64,000 bases of DNA, taken from NCBI GenBank assembly GCA_050246315.1, contig JBFWWG010000002.1, positions 300,811 through 364,810 on the forward strand, read 5' to 3'. Under the pieces are notes generated by a model, which saw only the letters and a program-made list of their open reading frames with translations, was not told the origin of the DNA and ran no database searches. Origin of the DNA: Nitrospiraceae bacterium. Lineage in GTDB: Bacteria; Nitrospirota; Nitrospiria; Nitrospirales; Nitrospiraceae. The position numbers and the translations under genes are program-made. Below are positions 9,472 to 20,296 of the stretch, one piece after another (the first letter of the stretch is position 1; each line of letters opens with the position of its first letter).

Positions 9472-9683
9472 CGTCCCTCCTCCCGGCTAAGAGCCTTTGC
9501 TCCCCTTCGGCTTTGCAGCCAACAGGGAGCTCGGTTTGGTTCATTCCTTTGAGTGAGGGTCCTCCCATTCGTCGAGCACATCAGTTCACGCATCGTGCTC
9601 CGGCAGGGACTGCCGGAGCACGGCGACCCGCCGAGACATCGAGTGTCTGAGGCAACACGAGCCGGCCTCCTGTTCATTCTGAC

Positions 9684-10706
9684 TCACTGCACGGACACCA
9701 CTCGTTTATCGAAGAACCGGCGGATGTGGTCCGCGATCACGTCTCCATCTTCCTCCAACGCGAAGTGTCCCGTGTCCAACAGATGGAAGTCGAGGTTCTT
9801 CAGATCCCGCTTATAGGGATGCGCGCCGTCCGCCGGAAAGATCTCATCGTTCTCTCCCCACACGAGCAGCGTCGGGGGCTGATGGTCGCGCAGGTACGCT
9901 TGCCACATAGGATAGAGCGGCGGGTTAGAACCGTAGCTGTAGAACAATTGCAGTTGAATCTCGTCGTTGCCCGGACGATCCAGCAAGTACTGATCTACGA
10001 GCCAGTTATCGGGACTGATCGACTGCACGTTGCGCACCCCGTGGGTGTATTGCCGTTTGGTGGCGCCAATATTGAGGAAGCCCTTCAACGGCTCGGCATT
10101 CGACGCAGTCCGCTGTTTCCAATACGTGCGGAACGGCTTCCAGAACTCTGTGAGTCCTTCTTCATAGGCATTGCCGTTCTGCACGATAAGGGACTCGACT
10201 CGTTCGGGATGGGCGACGGCGAGCCGGAATCCTATCGGCGCCCCGTAATCCATCAAGTAGAGGCTGTACTTCGTGAGCCCGACCGTCTCCGTGAAGTGAT
10301 CGATGATCCTCGCGAGGTTCTCGAAGCTGTAGTCAAATTCATCCACCGTTGGCATGGAGCTGTTGCCATATCCCGGGTAGTCCGGAGCAACCAGGTGAAA
10401 TCGGTCCGACAGAGCGGGAATCAAGTTACGAAACATGTGAGACGAGGTCGGGAATCCGTGGAGCAGCAGAATCGTCGGCGCATCCTCAGGACCTGCCTCA
10501 CGATAGAAGATGTCGAGCCCGTCGACTTTAACGGTTTTGTGGAACGTGGGGTAAGCGGCCTTCACCGAACTTCCTTGGCCCAGAGGCGGTTCTGACTGTG
10601 TAGGTTTCGAGGCGACGGTTCCAACCATGATGGTGGCAATCAGACTAAACGGCACGACGGCCATGATGGGAAGGATCAATTTCAAGATGCGCGTGAGATC
10701 TTTCAT
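9684..10706 (-). CDS. Alpha/beta hydrolase (epoxide hydrolase/dehalogenase-like), N-terminal signal or anchor
   Basis: [19 protein letters not shown] nucleophile, DTGHFALE. Confidence 0.9.
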   Translation of the reverse strand: MKDLTRILKLILPIMAVVPFSLIATIMVGTVASKPTQSEPPLGQGSSVKAAYPTFHKTVKVDGLDIFYREAGPEDAPTILLLHGFPTSSHMFRNLIPALSDRFHLVAPDYPGYGNSSMPTVDEFDYSFENLARIIDHFTETVGLTKYSLYLMDYGAPIGFRLAVAHPERVESLIVQNGNAYEEGLTEFWKPFRTYWKQRTASNAEPLKGFLNIGATKRQYTHGVRNVQSISPDNWLVDQYLLDRPGNDEIQLQLFYSYGSNPPLYPMWQAYLRDHQPPTLLVWGENDEIFPADGAHPYKRDLKNLDFHLLDTGHFALEEDGDVIADHIRRFFDKRVVSVQ

Positions 10707-10743
10707 GCTGGGGCCCTCCGTTCGGTTAGAGTCGTGGGTTGCT

Positions 10744-11850
10744 CTATTCGGCCCAGGGCAGCAGCACGAAGTTGCCTTTCACTTGATTGGTGGCGATGAG
10801 GCGGTGGGCGTCGGTCGCCTGACTGAGCGGAAACGTCCGATCCAGGGCCGGCTTGATCCGCCCGAGCCTAACCTGCTCCAGTCCCCATCTCAGATCTTCA
10901 GGGTCGGCGAATATGGTGCCCCGCATCTGTTTCTGCGTGAAAAAGAACTCCCGCACGTCAAACCTTCCCTCAACACCGCCCATAAAGCCATAGACCACGA
11001 TGGTCCCTAAGGGACGAACGGCTTCGACAGTCTGGGCTAGGTCGCCCCCACCCACGTTGTCAATGGCCACATCAGCGCCTCGTCCTCCGGTCCAATCCTT
11101 CACTCGTTCGACCACGTCTTCTGTTTTCGTGTTGATCACCAGGTCGGCTCCCTGTGCCTTCACGAATTCGCCTTTGTCATCGCTCCGAACCGTTGCGGCC
11201 ACCTTGGCGCCCAACGCTTTGGCAACTTGGATATGCATGTGGCCCGAACCGGACGCCCCCGCCGTGACGAGGACCGTGTCGCCTGCTTTGACTTCGCCGA
11301 CTTGCTTGACGGCACGAACGGAGGTTCCCAACACAACTGGGAGCGTGGCGACTTCGGCCGGAGCCAGTTGCGTCTCGTCCTTCAACACCCATCGAGCCGG
11401 GACCTCCATGTACTGAGCATAGGACCCCCAGACATGCACTCCTGGCACGACAAAGCTGGGGGAGGTGGCGAGGGGCCGATTGGAATCGTCTTCTTCCCGG
11501 AGCGTAAAACCCGCGGCGGGGATGACGCGCTCACCGATTCGCACGCCTGTCACTCCATCACCCAACCCAACAACTTCCCCGACCGCATCAACCCCTAAAA
11601 TGTGCGGGAGTGGGAGATTCGGCATGACCGACCCCTCACGCAGGTAATGATCCAATCGATTCATCCCGGCAGCCAACACCTTGATGAGCACGTAGCCTGG
11701 CTTGGGGCTTGGCGTAGGAATCTCTTCATAACTCAGGACCTCGGGCCCACCGAATCTCCGAAGCATCACGGCTTTCATGCTTTTCGCCGGTCGGCTCCGA
11801 TCGGCATGTTCAGTAGCAGTGATATCCAACGTGAGGATGCTCATGGTCAT
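10744..11850 (-). CDS. MDR-family quinone oxidoreductase / zinc-binding dehydrogenase family
   Basis: [36 protein letters not shown]. Confidence 0.9.
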   Translation of the reverse strand: MTMSILTLDITATEHADRSRPAKSMKAVMLRRFGGPEVLSYEEIPTPSPKPGYVLIKVLAAGMNRLDHYLREGSVMPNLPLPHILGVDAVGEVVGLGDGVTGVRIGERVIPAAGFTLREEDDSNRPLATSPSFVVPGVHVWGSYAQYMEVPARWVLKDETQLAPAEVATLPVVLGTSVRAVKQVGEVKAGDTVLVTAGASGSGHMHIQVAKALGAKVAATVRSDDKGEFVKAQGADLVINTKTEDVVERVKDWTGGRGADVAIDNVGGGDLAQTVEAVRPLGTIVVYGFMGGVEGRFDVREFFFTQKQMRGTIFADPEDLRWGLEQVRLGRIKPALDRTFPLSQATDAHRLIATNQVKGNFVLLPWAE

Positions 11851-11904
11851 GCTCCTTTCCCGTCGTTCCAAAGTGGCTAAGGCGCCCCTGGAGGTAAACT
11901 TCCG

Positions 11905-12273
11905 TTAGGGGTTGTGATAGAAGCGCTCGTGGACGATTTTGCCATCTTGCCATTTCGCGACGACCGCCTGCTCGATACGAACAGGGGTGCCGTCCTTGGC
12001 AACCCAGTCCATCACCACTTCGTAGAACGTCACGTTGTCGCCCGCGCCCTGAGCGGTGACTTCGAACCCTCGCCAGTCCTTCACGGTGCTGAGAAACTGT
12101 CGTTCACGTTCGAGGTTGGCCTGCCGTCCTCTCGTGGGCGGCGCGCTGTTCTCCTGCATCACCACATCTTCGGCATAGAACTCATTGATCGCGTCAAGGA
12201 TGCGCCCGGCTCGGATATAGGCGAAGAGTTCAGGGAGCCTGTGATGGGGGGTGACTACCGTTCCTGCAGTCAT
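11905..12273 (-). CDS. SnoaL/NTF2-like protein
   Basis: FYAEDVVMQEN, WQDGKIVHERFY. Confidence 0.85.
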   Translation of the reverse strand: MTAGTVVTPHHRLPELFAYIRAGRILDAINEFYAEDVVMQENSAPPTRGRQANLERERQFLSTVKDWRGFEVTAQGAGDNVTFYEVVMDWVAKDGTPVRIEQAVVAKWQDGKIVHERFYHNP

Positions 12274-12612
12274 GGCATTTCTCCTTTCAGGTTGCGGATC
12301 AACAGTATGGCTGCCAAGCGCTTCTTGGCGGCGATATCTCCGCTCTCACAAGATGTGTGCCGGAGTCGCCGATACAGGAATCTTGAAGAATGTTGGAGGT
12401 TTCGAACGAGAGAGCTAAAACGCCGCCACAACGATAGTTCGTTGCCAACGAAGCCTCGTTGGTCCACGATGAGGAATCGCCCTCAACCTGAATAAACAGT
12501 TTCAGTGAAGACCAGCCTGAGGCTTCTCGGACCTCAACGGCTTCTCAGACCTGGGAGCTATCCGAGCGGGAGCCCCAGGGACAGGGCTCTCGACCGCATG
12601 ATGAGCCTTGCC

Positions 12613-13536
12613 CTATGGGCCTGCAAAGGGACCGCGAGTAGTGGGAATGGAGGTATCGAGTGGTGGCCCCAAAAGCGTCTGGTTGAATCCCAGATACAAT
12701 CGATACAGCCCATCTCCCCGTTTCCATTCCTGAGCTGAGCTATCGACAATGAGATAGTAGGTCCCCGGGGCCAACTCAGAGGGAAACAATGCTGTGACCC
12801 CCGCTCGCAGGACATATCCTTGCTGCAATTGAGTTCCATCCGAGGAGAGAAGATAGAGGGCCGGCTGCCAGGCAGATTGGACCAAGCCGACGACTCCCGA
12901 CCACATGGCCCGGTTGGCGGCCACAGCCGCTTCAATTCTGCTACATTCCGTGAGGACGAAGCGGTACATTTGATCCGGGCCGTTCAACCCGTCGGGATGG
13001 CCGTAGTTATCTTTCGCCTGCGCCAATGTCGCCGTTAGCACGACACTGTCCGTGATCCGGTCCGCATGGGCCAGGTCTTCCCCACCGCGGAATTCTGCAC
13101 CAGTCAAGGGTCTGGTCCCACACGTCGCCCAGGTCACGGGACGATCATGTCGGCTAGCAACTGAAGAACAGCCTCCCTCATCGGGACAAGCCATGGTGTC
13201 ACGGTTAGACAGTGGCTGGCGTTCGTATCCGTACCGTGGAGAAACTGGAGCCACGACGTGAGGCAAGGAAGGACGGTCATGGTCCCGCTCTTCTTCTATC
13301 TCCAGCACATTTGCTCCCGCCAGCAGGCAATTCACGAGGGCCGTGAACTCCGCTTCCCCTTCTAAACGGTTCCATGAGCACTGTGCAGATCCCCCCACAC
13401 AGGGGGTCATCGATCGATATTCGACAACATGCACAAACGGCTTGGGCCTGATCTCGCAACCCAGGATCGCGAGACAGCCAAGAAGTACTCCGGCCGAGAC
13501 CACTTTTGAACTGAACACGTTCAGCCCCTTGATCAC
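12613..13536 (-). CDS. Cys-rich hypothetical lipoprotein with C-terminal PPC-like beta domain
   Basis: Lipobox ILGC; ELAPGTYYLIVDS; 4-bp overlap with upstream gene. Confidence 0.65.
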   Translation of the reverse strand: MIKGLNVFSSKVVSAGVLLGCLAILGCEIRPKPFVHVVEYRSMTPCVGGSAQCSWNRLEGEAEFTALVNCLLAGANVLEIEEERDHDRPSLPHVVAPVSPRYGYERQPLSNRDTMACPDEGGCSSVASRHDRPVTWATCGTRPLTGAEFRGGEDLAHADRITDSVVLTATLAQAKDNYGHPDGLNGPDQMYRFVLTECSRIEAAVAANRAMWSGVVGLVQSAWQPALYLLSSDGTQLQQGYVLRAGVTALFPSELAPGTYYLIVDSSAQEWKRGDGLYRLYLGFNQTLLGPPLDTSIPTTRGPFAGP

Positions 13537-15293
13537 GTTTCCCGATCAAGCCCGACGAGATGAAACCGCCCGGTCATAGGATCGAATCCGAGATAGACGA
13601 TCATCCGCGGACTCCATTGCTTCCCACCGTCGTAACTGGTCTGGATATGCAGGGTTGTGACAGGAACATCTGTCGAGAGTTCCTGTTGGTCTGCCATGTG
13701 AATTGTTCTAGGAATCGTGATCCTCGACTGTGTCACGATTTGTTGTGGAATCACTTCCGAATCGACACCGAATCTCACACGCCGCTTCAGGGTATAGCGA
13801 TAGGTTGCAGTAGGGCCCGGGGCATAACCCCGTGACAGCGCCAGGTTCTCGAAGATCAGGAATGGCTCTCGCCCGTCAAGTTCCACCAGCCGAAAATGAT
13901 CGAGGGGATTGACGACCTTGAAATAATAGCGACCGATTTTGTCGCGACGCGCTTTCAAGACCGCCGCCACGTACCGTCCTGCTCGCGGATCAGTGAACCC
14001 GCCGGTATGCACGATCGTGTCGATGTCATCATCGGTGAACGAAGTGACGATCTTGGCTCCCCAATAGGCGTCTCGCAGCGTGGTCCGGAGAAATGCCGGA
14101 TTCGGGTACGTTGGGCGCCATCGCTCCGGATCGAAATAGTCCGCCTCAAAGTACCCGACGGCCGGGAACTCCATGCGGAGAGGAACCTCCCATGGCTTCA
14201 CGTAAAACCCTGCCTCTATCATCGACCGGCCGACGGTTCCGAAGTCGAGAAAATACTCGTTCCCAAATCGAGAGAGTTGCGGATCAGCATTATCCGCTCC
14301 CAACGTCGAGGAGAAGTCGATGAGGTAATGCGACAGATACTTCGCTTCGGGATCGTACATGTCGAGCGCGTTGGCCGCCTTGGTGTCGGTATGGTTCAGA
14401 AAGGCCGCTAGAATCCGAAGTCCTCGCAATTCACGCCTGTTTTCATGACGGATGCGGTCGTTCGGATCGTCAGACCGTTGCCCGACATAGAGAAACGGAC
14501 CTTTGGGAATTCCAGGCAGGAACTTGCTGGCCATTGCCCGAATCGTTCCATCGGGCCGATGGGGGACGCGCTCTAAAATGGCTTTGATGTCATCATCGGT
14601 CATGGGCCGTGGGACATGGTATCGGCCACGGAACTTGGCCGTTGGGCCGACCACGATTCGGCCGGGATCGACGTCGACAAGATAATGTTCCGGGACATGG
14701 TATCCGGCCGCGTACAGGAAGCGCGAAGAGATCATTTCCGATGCGGTCGTCATTTCAGGGTGTAACGGCGGGTCGAATTTCAAGAGATACACGTCGTTCT
14801 TTTCATCGCGAATGACGAAGCCCGGCGTGGAGCCCAGACTTTGTTTCGCGCTGATCGCCGTCCAGACCCCTCTGGGACTCGGCCCTTGCCCGATCCCTGC
14901 GCCACGAGACAAGTCGGCTTGCGAGAGTCGTGCAACGGCGTGGCGGTTTGTGAACCAGGTGGAATCGGGAACCTCGTCGAAGGTGTTCACGTTCTGAGCC
15001 TCCACCGGACCGGCGAGGCCGACCCATGTTCCAACCGTTCGGACAGAACGACCGAGGTTGAAGAGTTGCCCAATGCGGTAGAAGATCATCTTGTCGGTGC
15101 CATCCCAGAGAGCCCACTGGCCATCCATTTCCTCCTGCGGTTCAGGAATAGGTCTTCGGTCGTCTACTCGCTGGAAGTGAGGCCGTTCCAGAGCCGGCGC
15201 ACTGTAGCAACCAGCCGTCGCCGTGAGGAGAAGCGCCCAAACTGTCAGCACGCGTGAGTGTCGGATTACCCTGGCGGATGGTCGTATGTTCAT
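13533..15293 (-). CDS. Lipoprotein with atypical (HipA/PI3-4-kinase-like) kinase fold
   Basis: Lipobox TAGC; GSTPGF loop, YLLKFD, SEMISSRFLYAAGYHVP, NHTDTKAAN, YLIDFSSTLG. Confidence 0.7.
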   Translation of the reverse strand: MNIRPSARVIRHSRVLTVWALLLTATAGCYSAPALERPHFQRVDDRRPIPEPQEEMDGQWALWDGTDKMIFYRIGQLFNLGRSVRTVGTWVGLAGPVEAQNVNTFDEVPDSTWFTNRHAVARLSQADLSRGAGIGQGPSPRGVWTAISAKQSLGSTPGFVIRDEKNDVYLLKFDPPLHPEMTTASEMISSRFLYAAGYHVPEHYLVDVDPGRIVVGPTAKFRGRYHVPRPMTDDDIKAILERVPHRPDGTIRAMASKFLPGIPKGPFLYVGQRSDDPNDRIRHENRRELRGLRILAAFLNHTDTKAANALDMYDPEAKYLSHYLIDFSSTLGADNADPQLSRFGNEYFLDFGTVGRSMIEAGFYVKPWEVPLRMEFPAVGYFEADYFDPERWRPTYPNPAFLRTTLRDAYWGAKIVTSFTDDDIDTIVHTGGFTDPRAGRYVAAVLKARRDKIGRYYFKVVNPLDHFRLVELDGREPFLIFENLALSRGYAPGPTATYRYTLKRRVRFGVDSEVIPQQIVTQSRITIPRTIHMADQQELSTDVPVTTLHIQTSYDGGKQWSPRMIVYLGFDPMTGRFHLVGLDRET

Positions 15294-15305
15294 GGGAGCA
15301 CCTGA

Positions 15306-16682
15306 TCAAAAACCCAGCGTGGCGGCTCGTCGCCTGATGAAATCCAGGTCTCCTCGGATCAGGGTCAAGACCCCGTCCTCGCTCCCCGCCACTTGAATCC
15401 GGAAGCTGAACTTCCTGTTGGAGACGAAACGCAATCCTGCCCCGGCGGAGTACCGGAATTGTTTCAGCCCGATGTCTCTGTAGTTGTTGAACACCTGCCC
15501 TTCGTCGAGAAAGATATCCCCTTCGACATCCTGCCAGACGGGAAAGCGCCATTCGGCGTTGAAGAGCAGGGCGCCTTCATCTTGCCACCGCCCGCGGTCG
15601 AAACCGCGCAAACCGTTGTTGAGATCCAAAAGGTTCAGCTCGTAAAAGGGGATCGACCCGTTACCCAGGCTGTCCTGTTTCGCGAGATACCCCCTCAGCA
15701 GAAGCACTCGGTTGCCATGGAAGACAGGGATGTACCGTTGGACCTCCAAGCGGTAGCCGATGTAGCGAAACTGATCGCGATTCACCTGGTCGGTGTAGGT
15801 GAACGATCCCTCTGCGAACCAGCCCATGGTCGGCCGGAAGGGATTGTCCCGTGAGTCGTACCGAAGGCTGGGTTCGATGGCTAACGCTGTCATGGAACTG
15901 TTGTTGCCTGCGACGGTCGCCGGCGTGGCCGGCAGCCGGCTGGATGGTTTGGCATCGGCGATCAACAGCCGTCCGGTGAGCGCTGCACTGAGATCACCAG
16001 CCAGCCGACGACCCAGTGTGGTATCCCAGGCCAGTTCTTTCAGCTCGAAATTCGTCTCGTCCTGCTCCCGCGCCCGATTCCCACCGGGATAGAAATGGCT
16101 TTCGTCGAAATTCAACCAGAACGTGTTCGTCTCAAAAGACCAGGCAGAACCGAGGAGGGACGGGTCGCGAAAAGATAGCTCGCCGACTTGATTGTCCCGG
16201 GTTGCCACGAGGTAGGACAGCCGCGCTTCTTTGCCCTTTCTGAAGACATTGTTGTTGAACGCGGTGAACCCAATCCCGCTGCTGAGGGTGCCGCCTACCG
16301 ATAATCTTGGATAGATTCCTGCAGTGCGCTCGTCGTTCAGAAAGACATCCAAGGCGCGATTGAGCAGATCGTGCCGCTCGTACACGATCGCGAGCTGCTT
16401 GAATGGATACGTGAACCCCGCCCAGGCATATTCCGGCACCGCCAGCAGCCGGTTGGCCCATGTATTTTCTTCATCCTCCGGCGGCTGGCTCGTGGGCCGG
16501 TCGTCGCGCGGTGGCGTGGGTTCTTCCCGCGGCGATTCGGCGGACGCGGCTTGGCGAGGGGCTTCCGGTGGTGGGACGACAGGGGGCTGCTTGGTCGCAC
16601 AGGCCATCTGGAGAAGCAGCGTGAGGACCAATAGAGTCCAAACGAGCAGGCAGGTGACGGAGCGTGTCGCACCAACCGTCAT
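15306..16682 (-). CDS. BamA/TamA (Omp85) family outer-membrane protein, lipoprotein, no evident POTRA domains
   Basis: Lipobox QMAC; YDSRDNPFRPTMG, IPFYEL, LRGFDRGRW, YSAGAGLRF. Confidence 0.85.
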   Translation of the reverse strand: MTVGATRSVTCLLVWTLLVLTLLLQMACATKQPPVVPPPEAPRQAASAESPREEPTPPRDDRPTSQPPEDEENTWANRLLAVPEYAWAGFTYPFKQLAIVYERHDLLNRALDVFLNDERTAGIYPRLSVGGTLSSGIGFTAFNNNVFRKGKEARLSYLVATRDNQVGELSFRDPSLLGSAWSFETNTFWLNFDESHFYPGGNRAREQDETNFELKELAWDTTLGRRLAGDLSAALTGRLLIADAKPSSRLPATPATVAGNNSSMTALAIEPSLRYDSRDNPFRPTMGWFAEGSFTYTDQVNRDQFRYIGYRLEVQRYIPVFHGNRVLLLRGYLAKQDSLGNGSIPFYELNLLDLNNGLRGFDRGRWQDEGALLFNAEWRFPVWQDVEGDIFLDEGQVFNNYRDIGLKQFRYSAGAGLRFVSNRKFSFRIQVAGSEDGVLTLIRGDLDFIRRRAATLGF

Positions 16683-16737
16683 GGCGTTGGACTTTCCTTC
16701 TACTCGCCGGCTTCCCTAAGAACTGCCGGGCTTCGAC

Positions 16738-17670
16738 TCAAAACCGATATTCGACGGTGAGGCCCAATCCTCCCCGTGCGTCCGGCACAAAAGGCAGGAC
16801 GCTCCAGCCGCGGAGTGCGTCCGGATGCTGATGCCGCCAGCTCAGGGCCTTCCCGATGGCGAAGCCGAGTGCCGCGCCGGCAAAGACATCGGAGGCGAAA
16901 TGCTCGTTCAGATAAATCCGCGACAGGGAAATTAACGCCGCGCCGGTGTAGACGAGGAAGGGGATCGGTTGCGGGTACGCGTCTGCGAAGACCGCGGCGA
17001 CGGCAAAGGTGCGGGCTGCATGGCTCGACGGGAACGACTTGTCGAATCCCTCGAACGGGTCGTACGATTGTGTGCCTTCCCCCGCATCTGGCCGGGCCCG
17101 GCCCACGGCAAACTTGGTCAGGCCGACCAAGGGTTCGGTGAACAGTTGCGCTTCTAGACTGACCAGGGCCGTCCGCGTGAGTTTGTTCCCCGCTTCGTGT
17201 TCTCGCAAGAGCCACCCCGCGCCGATCAAGCCGACATTTGCCATCAACACGTTCCTCCCGAATCCGATCTCCTCCAAGGTGTCCGCGATCTCGTCGTTCG
17301 TGTCGGTGCGATTCTCTTGAAAGGCCCGTTGAATCGATTTGTCTACAACCATCAATCCACCGATCGTGAGTCCGACTCCCCCGGCAACGAGGGCACTTTT
17401 CCGGTCCATTCTCAGAGGCGAAGTGATTACATATTCGATATCGTTCAGGACCTCCTGCCCAACTGAATGCAACGTTGCGAACGCTTCGCCCCCACTCACC
17501 CGTTCCGGTGTCGGTCGCGGCCCGATCAGTTCCTCCCCTCGATGCTCTCTCCTCGGACTCGAGTCACCCGCCTCCTGCCCTCCGGCAGTGGTACAGCACA
17601 GCCAAGAGAACGACACCACCAGCAGCAGGACGACAACTGCGCCTTGCCTTGCCATAGTTACCCATGCCAT
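16738..17670 (-). CDS. PAP2-family phosphatase
   Basis: KFAVGRARP, SFPSSH, SRIYLNEHFASDV; start uncertain. Confidence 0.9.
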   Translation of the reverse strand: MAWVTMARQGAVVVLLLVVSFSWLCCTTAGGQEAGDSSPRREHRGEELIGPRPTPERVSGGEAFATLHSVGQEVLNDIEYVITSPLRMDRKSALVAGGVGLTIGGLMVVDKSIQRAFQENRTDTNDEIADTLEEIGFGRNVLMANVGLIGAGWLLREHEAGNKLTRTALVSLEAQLFTEPLVGLTKFAVGRARPDAGEGTQSYDPFEGFDKSFPSSHAARTFAVAAVFADAYPQPIPFLVYTGAALISLSRIYLNEHFASDVFAGAALGFAIGKALSWRHQHPDALRGWSVLPFVPDARGGLGLTVEYRF

Positions 17671-17854
17671 CCCCGAAATGAGACACACGCTCGTGGGTCT
17701 CGGGACCACGCGCCGATGCGAACACCGAATCAATCAGCGATGGCCTGGCGAAGAGACCATGATGATGCTTCGTCGCCGAGAGGACTTGGCCAGGCAAGCT
17801 CCGGGTATCCTCCCCGAGTGCGTCAGAAAGATCTTGCGGTTCACGATTCGCCAT

Positions 17855-18103
17855 TCAGGTTTTCTTCCTGTGCCATCGGGTGATCAGACATCGTTCATAC
17901 TCCCTCGGATTCCGGAAACGATGCGTGACAGGATTCTGGCGCGCTCCCCAGGATGCGACACCAGTTTCTTCGATCAACACCCCGGTCGTCCGTGGATCCA
18001 GATGGAGGACTTCCTTGACCATAGCCGTTGACCGCGCGACCAAGGCATTCTTCTGCTCCTGCGTGACAGATCCGTCTGTGAGCTGGATGGTAACGATCAA
18101 CAT
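17855..18103 (-). CDS. 4-oxalocrotonate tautomerase-like protein lacking Pro1 (possibly degenerate)
   Basis: AGGAGG RBS, MLIVTIQL...TQEQKNALV...VLIEE...W. Confidence 0.65.
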   Translation of the reverse strand: MLIVTIQLTDGSVTQEQKNALVARSTAMVKEVLHLDPRTTGVLIEETGVASWGARQNPVTHRFRNPREYERCLITRWHRKKT

Positions 18104-18113
18104 GAGGACCCTC

Positions 18114-18479
18114 CTACTGTGACGATGTTGAATTCGCCGAAGCCGCCACAAGCCCTTTCATGTGGGGGTGAAACTCACAGAAGTACGGATACGTTCCGCC
18201 TTCTTCGATGATCAGCTCCCACGACTCTCCTTCCGCGAGCGTTTTCGGTGCCCACAAGCCCTGCTCCGCCGTGACGGTGTGGGGAACAATGTCGCGATTC
18301 ACCCATCGGATCGTATCGCCGGGAGCCACGACCGCCTGTTGAGGCATGAAACTGAACGCGTGAATTTCGATCAGATGCCGACCGGAGCGGGAGGCCATGC
18401 CCTGCTCCGAGGCAGCGCCGGCCTCCCCGATGGCAACCAAGCTCAGGACCGCGAGAACGATCACTCGAGACATGGTCAC
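18114..18479 (-). CDS. Periplasmic cupredoxin (plastocyanin/amicyanin-like)
   Basis: Signal peptide; WVNRDIVPHTVT, YFCEFHPHMKG type-1 Cu ligands. Confidence 0.9.
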   Translation of the reverse strand: MTMSRVIVLAVLSLVAIGEAGAASEQGMASRSGRHLIEIHAFSFMPQQAVVAPGDTIRWVNRDIVPHTVTAEQGLWAPKTLAEGESWELIIEEGGTYPYFCEFHPHMKGLVAASANSTSSQ

Positions 18480-18491
18480 ATCCTTCCCCGA

Positions 18492-19043
18492 TTACATGAC
18501 CTTCTGATTCATCGACGACGCATGACCTTCGTGCACCTTGAAGGTTTGGAGCGCCGACGTGAGGAGCGCCTTCAGCTCGGCATTCTTCGCATTGGGAATG
18601 AAGGCGTTCTCGACCGTGTTGTTCACGAACTTGTGGTATTCGAGTTCGTTGGCCGCGTAGCGCTTGTCGAACGCCTCGCCGCGGAGCTGGGAAAGTTCGT
18701 TTCGAATCTCACCCGCCCGCTTCGACAACTGCTGACTCGTCGGGTTGTCCTGCGGCGTAATCTGGAGCTTGTTGACCAAGGCGAGAGCCTTGTTGTTCAC
18801 CGCCGTATGGTCACGGACCATCAGTTCCGCAAATTGCCGGACCTGCGGGTTTTCTGAAATCGCCAAGGCCAGGTGGGCGTAGCGAATGTCGATGTTGCCC
18901 GCCGTGTAGGCGATGTGGGCGATCTCCAGATCGTTCGGCGCCTTGTCCGGCTCTGCCGTCGCCGGGTTGCTGGCCGTCACACAGCCCACCAGCACGGCGC
19001 TCGCCAGAGTGAGACAGCCTAAAGACTTCGTGATCGTTCTCAT
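18492..19043 (-). CDS. DUF4142 ferritin-like secreted protein
   Basis: Lipoprotein-like signal; VRQFAELMVRDH, AFDKRYAANELEYH. Confidence 0.85.
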   Translation of the reverse strand: MRTITKSLGCLTLASAVLVGCVTASNPATAEPDKAPNDLEIAHIAYTAGNIDIRYAHLALAISENPQVRQFAELMVRDHTAVNNKALALVNKLQITPQDNPTSQQLSKRAGEIRNELSQLRGEAFDKRYAANELEYHKFVNNTVENAFIPNAKNAELKALLTSALQTFKVHEGHASSMNQKVM

Positions 19044-19180
19044 GATGCCACTCCTTTCTAGAATGAAGTGATTGAGTTGCTCTCGGCCGTCACCATCGAC
19101 GTCTGAGAGAGTCCTGGTGCCCGTCGGCACCTTTCATCAAGCAAGCATCATGGCTTGCCGTACCGTCCCTGGTAGGTGGA

Positions 19181-19564
19181 CTACGCCCATTGCGGAACGG
19201 CTTGCTGTTTGGAAGCGGCGACTGCCCCGATTAACATGGCTATCGCCAAACCAAGATGGAGCCAGCGGTCGGCTTCGTTGATGTGGACCAACCCCAACAG
19301 CATGTTGCCGCTCGTCATGAACCCGAGCAGCGCTATGCCGGAGTATGCGGCCGTGATGGCCTTCAACGCCGTGCGTTCCCTGCCTTCCATCGCCAGTCCG
19401 CCAAAGAGAAAGGCGGAACCGGTCAACAGATGCACGAGGTTGTGCAGGACGTTCGTCTCAAAGAAACCGTCCGCTGAGACAATCGGGTTCGGGAAGAACC
19501 CGAGGAATCCAACCAGAACGAAGATCGAACCGAATGCGAGACAGATGTTCTTGCTCGTCAGCAT
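19181..19564 (-). CDS. DUF4383 membrane protein
   Basis: VGFLGF, NVLHNLVHLLTG, NEADRWLHLG. Confidence 0.8.
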   Translation of the reverse strand: MLTSKNICLAFGSIFVLVGFLGFFPNPIVSADGFFETNVLHNLVHLLTGSAFLFGGLAMEGRERTALKAITAAYSGIALLGFMTSGNMLLGLVHINEADRWLHLGLAIAMLIGAVAASKQQAVPQWA

Positions 19565-19589
19565 GACTATCACCTCCTTCAATTACTAT

Positions 19590-20216
19590 TCAGGATGCCG
19601 GCGACTTCTTTTGCAGCACCGGATAGCCGAATGAATAAATCCACTTGTCCGCATCGACCGCGTTGCGCGGAGCAAGCTCCCTTGCCGGCGTGTGACAGGG
19701 AATGCAATCCGTCTTGTAGTTTTTTGAGACCGTGTGCCTGGGATCGTCGGCATTGAAGAGCGACCAGGCCCACCCATCCCCCCACAGGCTGGATTCCTTG
19801 TAGCGACCCTGGGTGTCCCTGACCAACACGAACCATCCTTTGATGGTCGTCGCGTGGCCGACTGCCGGCCCGGTCGTCATCGCCATGGTCTTGGCGTCCA
19901 GGAGTTCTTTGACCAGCACCGCCCCATCAGGAAATCGCCTATACTGTTGGTAGTAGGCGATCGTCTCCGGCTGGGTGTAGACCACGTGATACTCGTGGAC
20001 GCCGGGCCCCATCTTTTCCAACTTCTCTCCCGTGTGCGCATGGGTCCACGTTCCGAGCGTGGGCCACTCGGTGTAGTTCTCGGGGACTCGAATCGCGCCG
20101 GTTGCCGGTTCGACATTTGGAGCAAAGGGCTTCTCGCCTTCGCCCATCATCGTCCCCATCAAAAAAGGGATGGCAACTAACGCCAACATCACCATGTAGA
20201 ACGTCTGCTTCTTCAT
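19590..20216 (-). CDS. Cytochrome P460 / c'-beta family protein
   Basis: Signal peptide; PENYTEW, HVVYTQP, FPDGAVLVKE, WGDGWAWSLF, C-terminal CIPCH heme motif. Confidence 0.85.
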   Translation of the reverse strand: MKKQTFYMVMLALVAIPFLMGTMMGEGEKPFAPNVEPATGAIRVPENYTEWPTLGTWTHAHTGEKLEKMGPGVHEYHVVYTQPETIAYYQQYRRFPDGAVLVKELLDAKTMAMTTGPAVGHATTIKGWFVLVRDTQGRYKESSLWGDGWAWSLFNADDPRHTVSKNYKTDCIPCHTPARELAPRNAVDADKWIYSFGYPVLQKKSPAS

Positions 20217-20296
20217 ATCGCTCTTCCTTCCTTGTGCTGCTGAACCGGGGTAGGCGGCCCGCCGCTGCTCATGCGGCGGGCCTTTCCCAATGGTCC

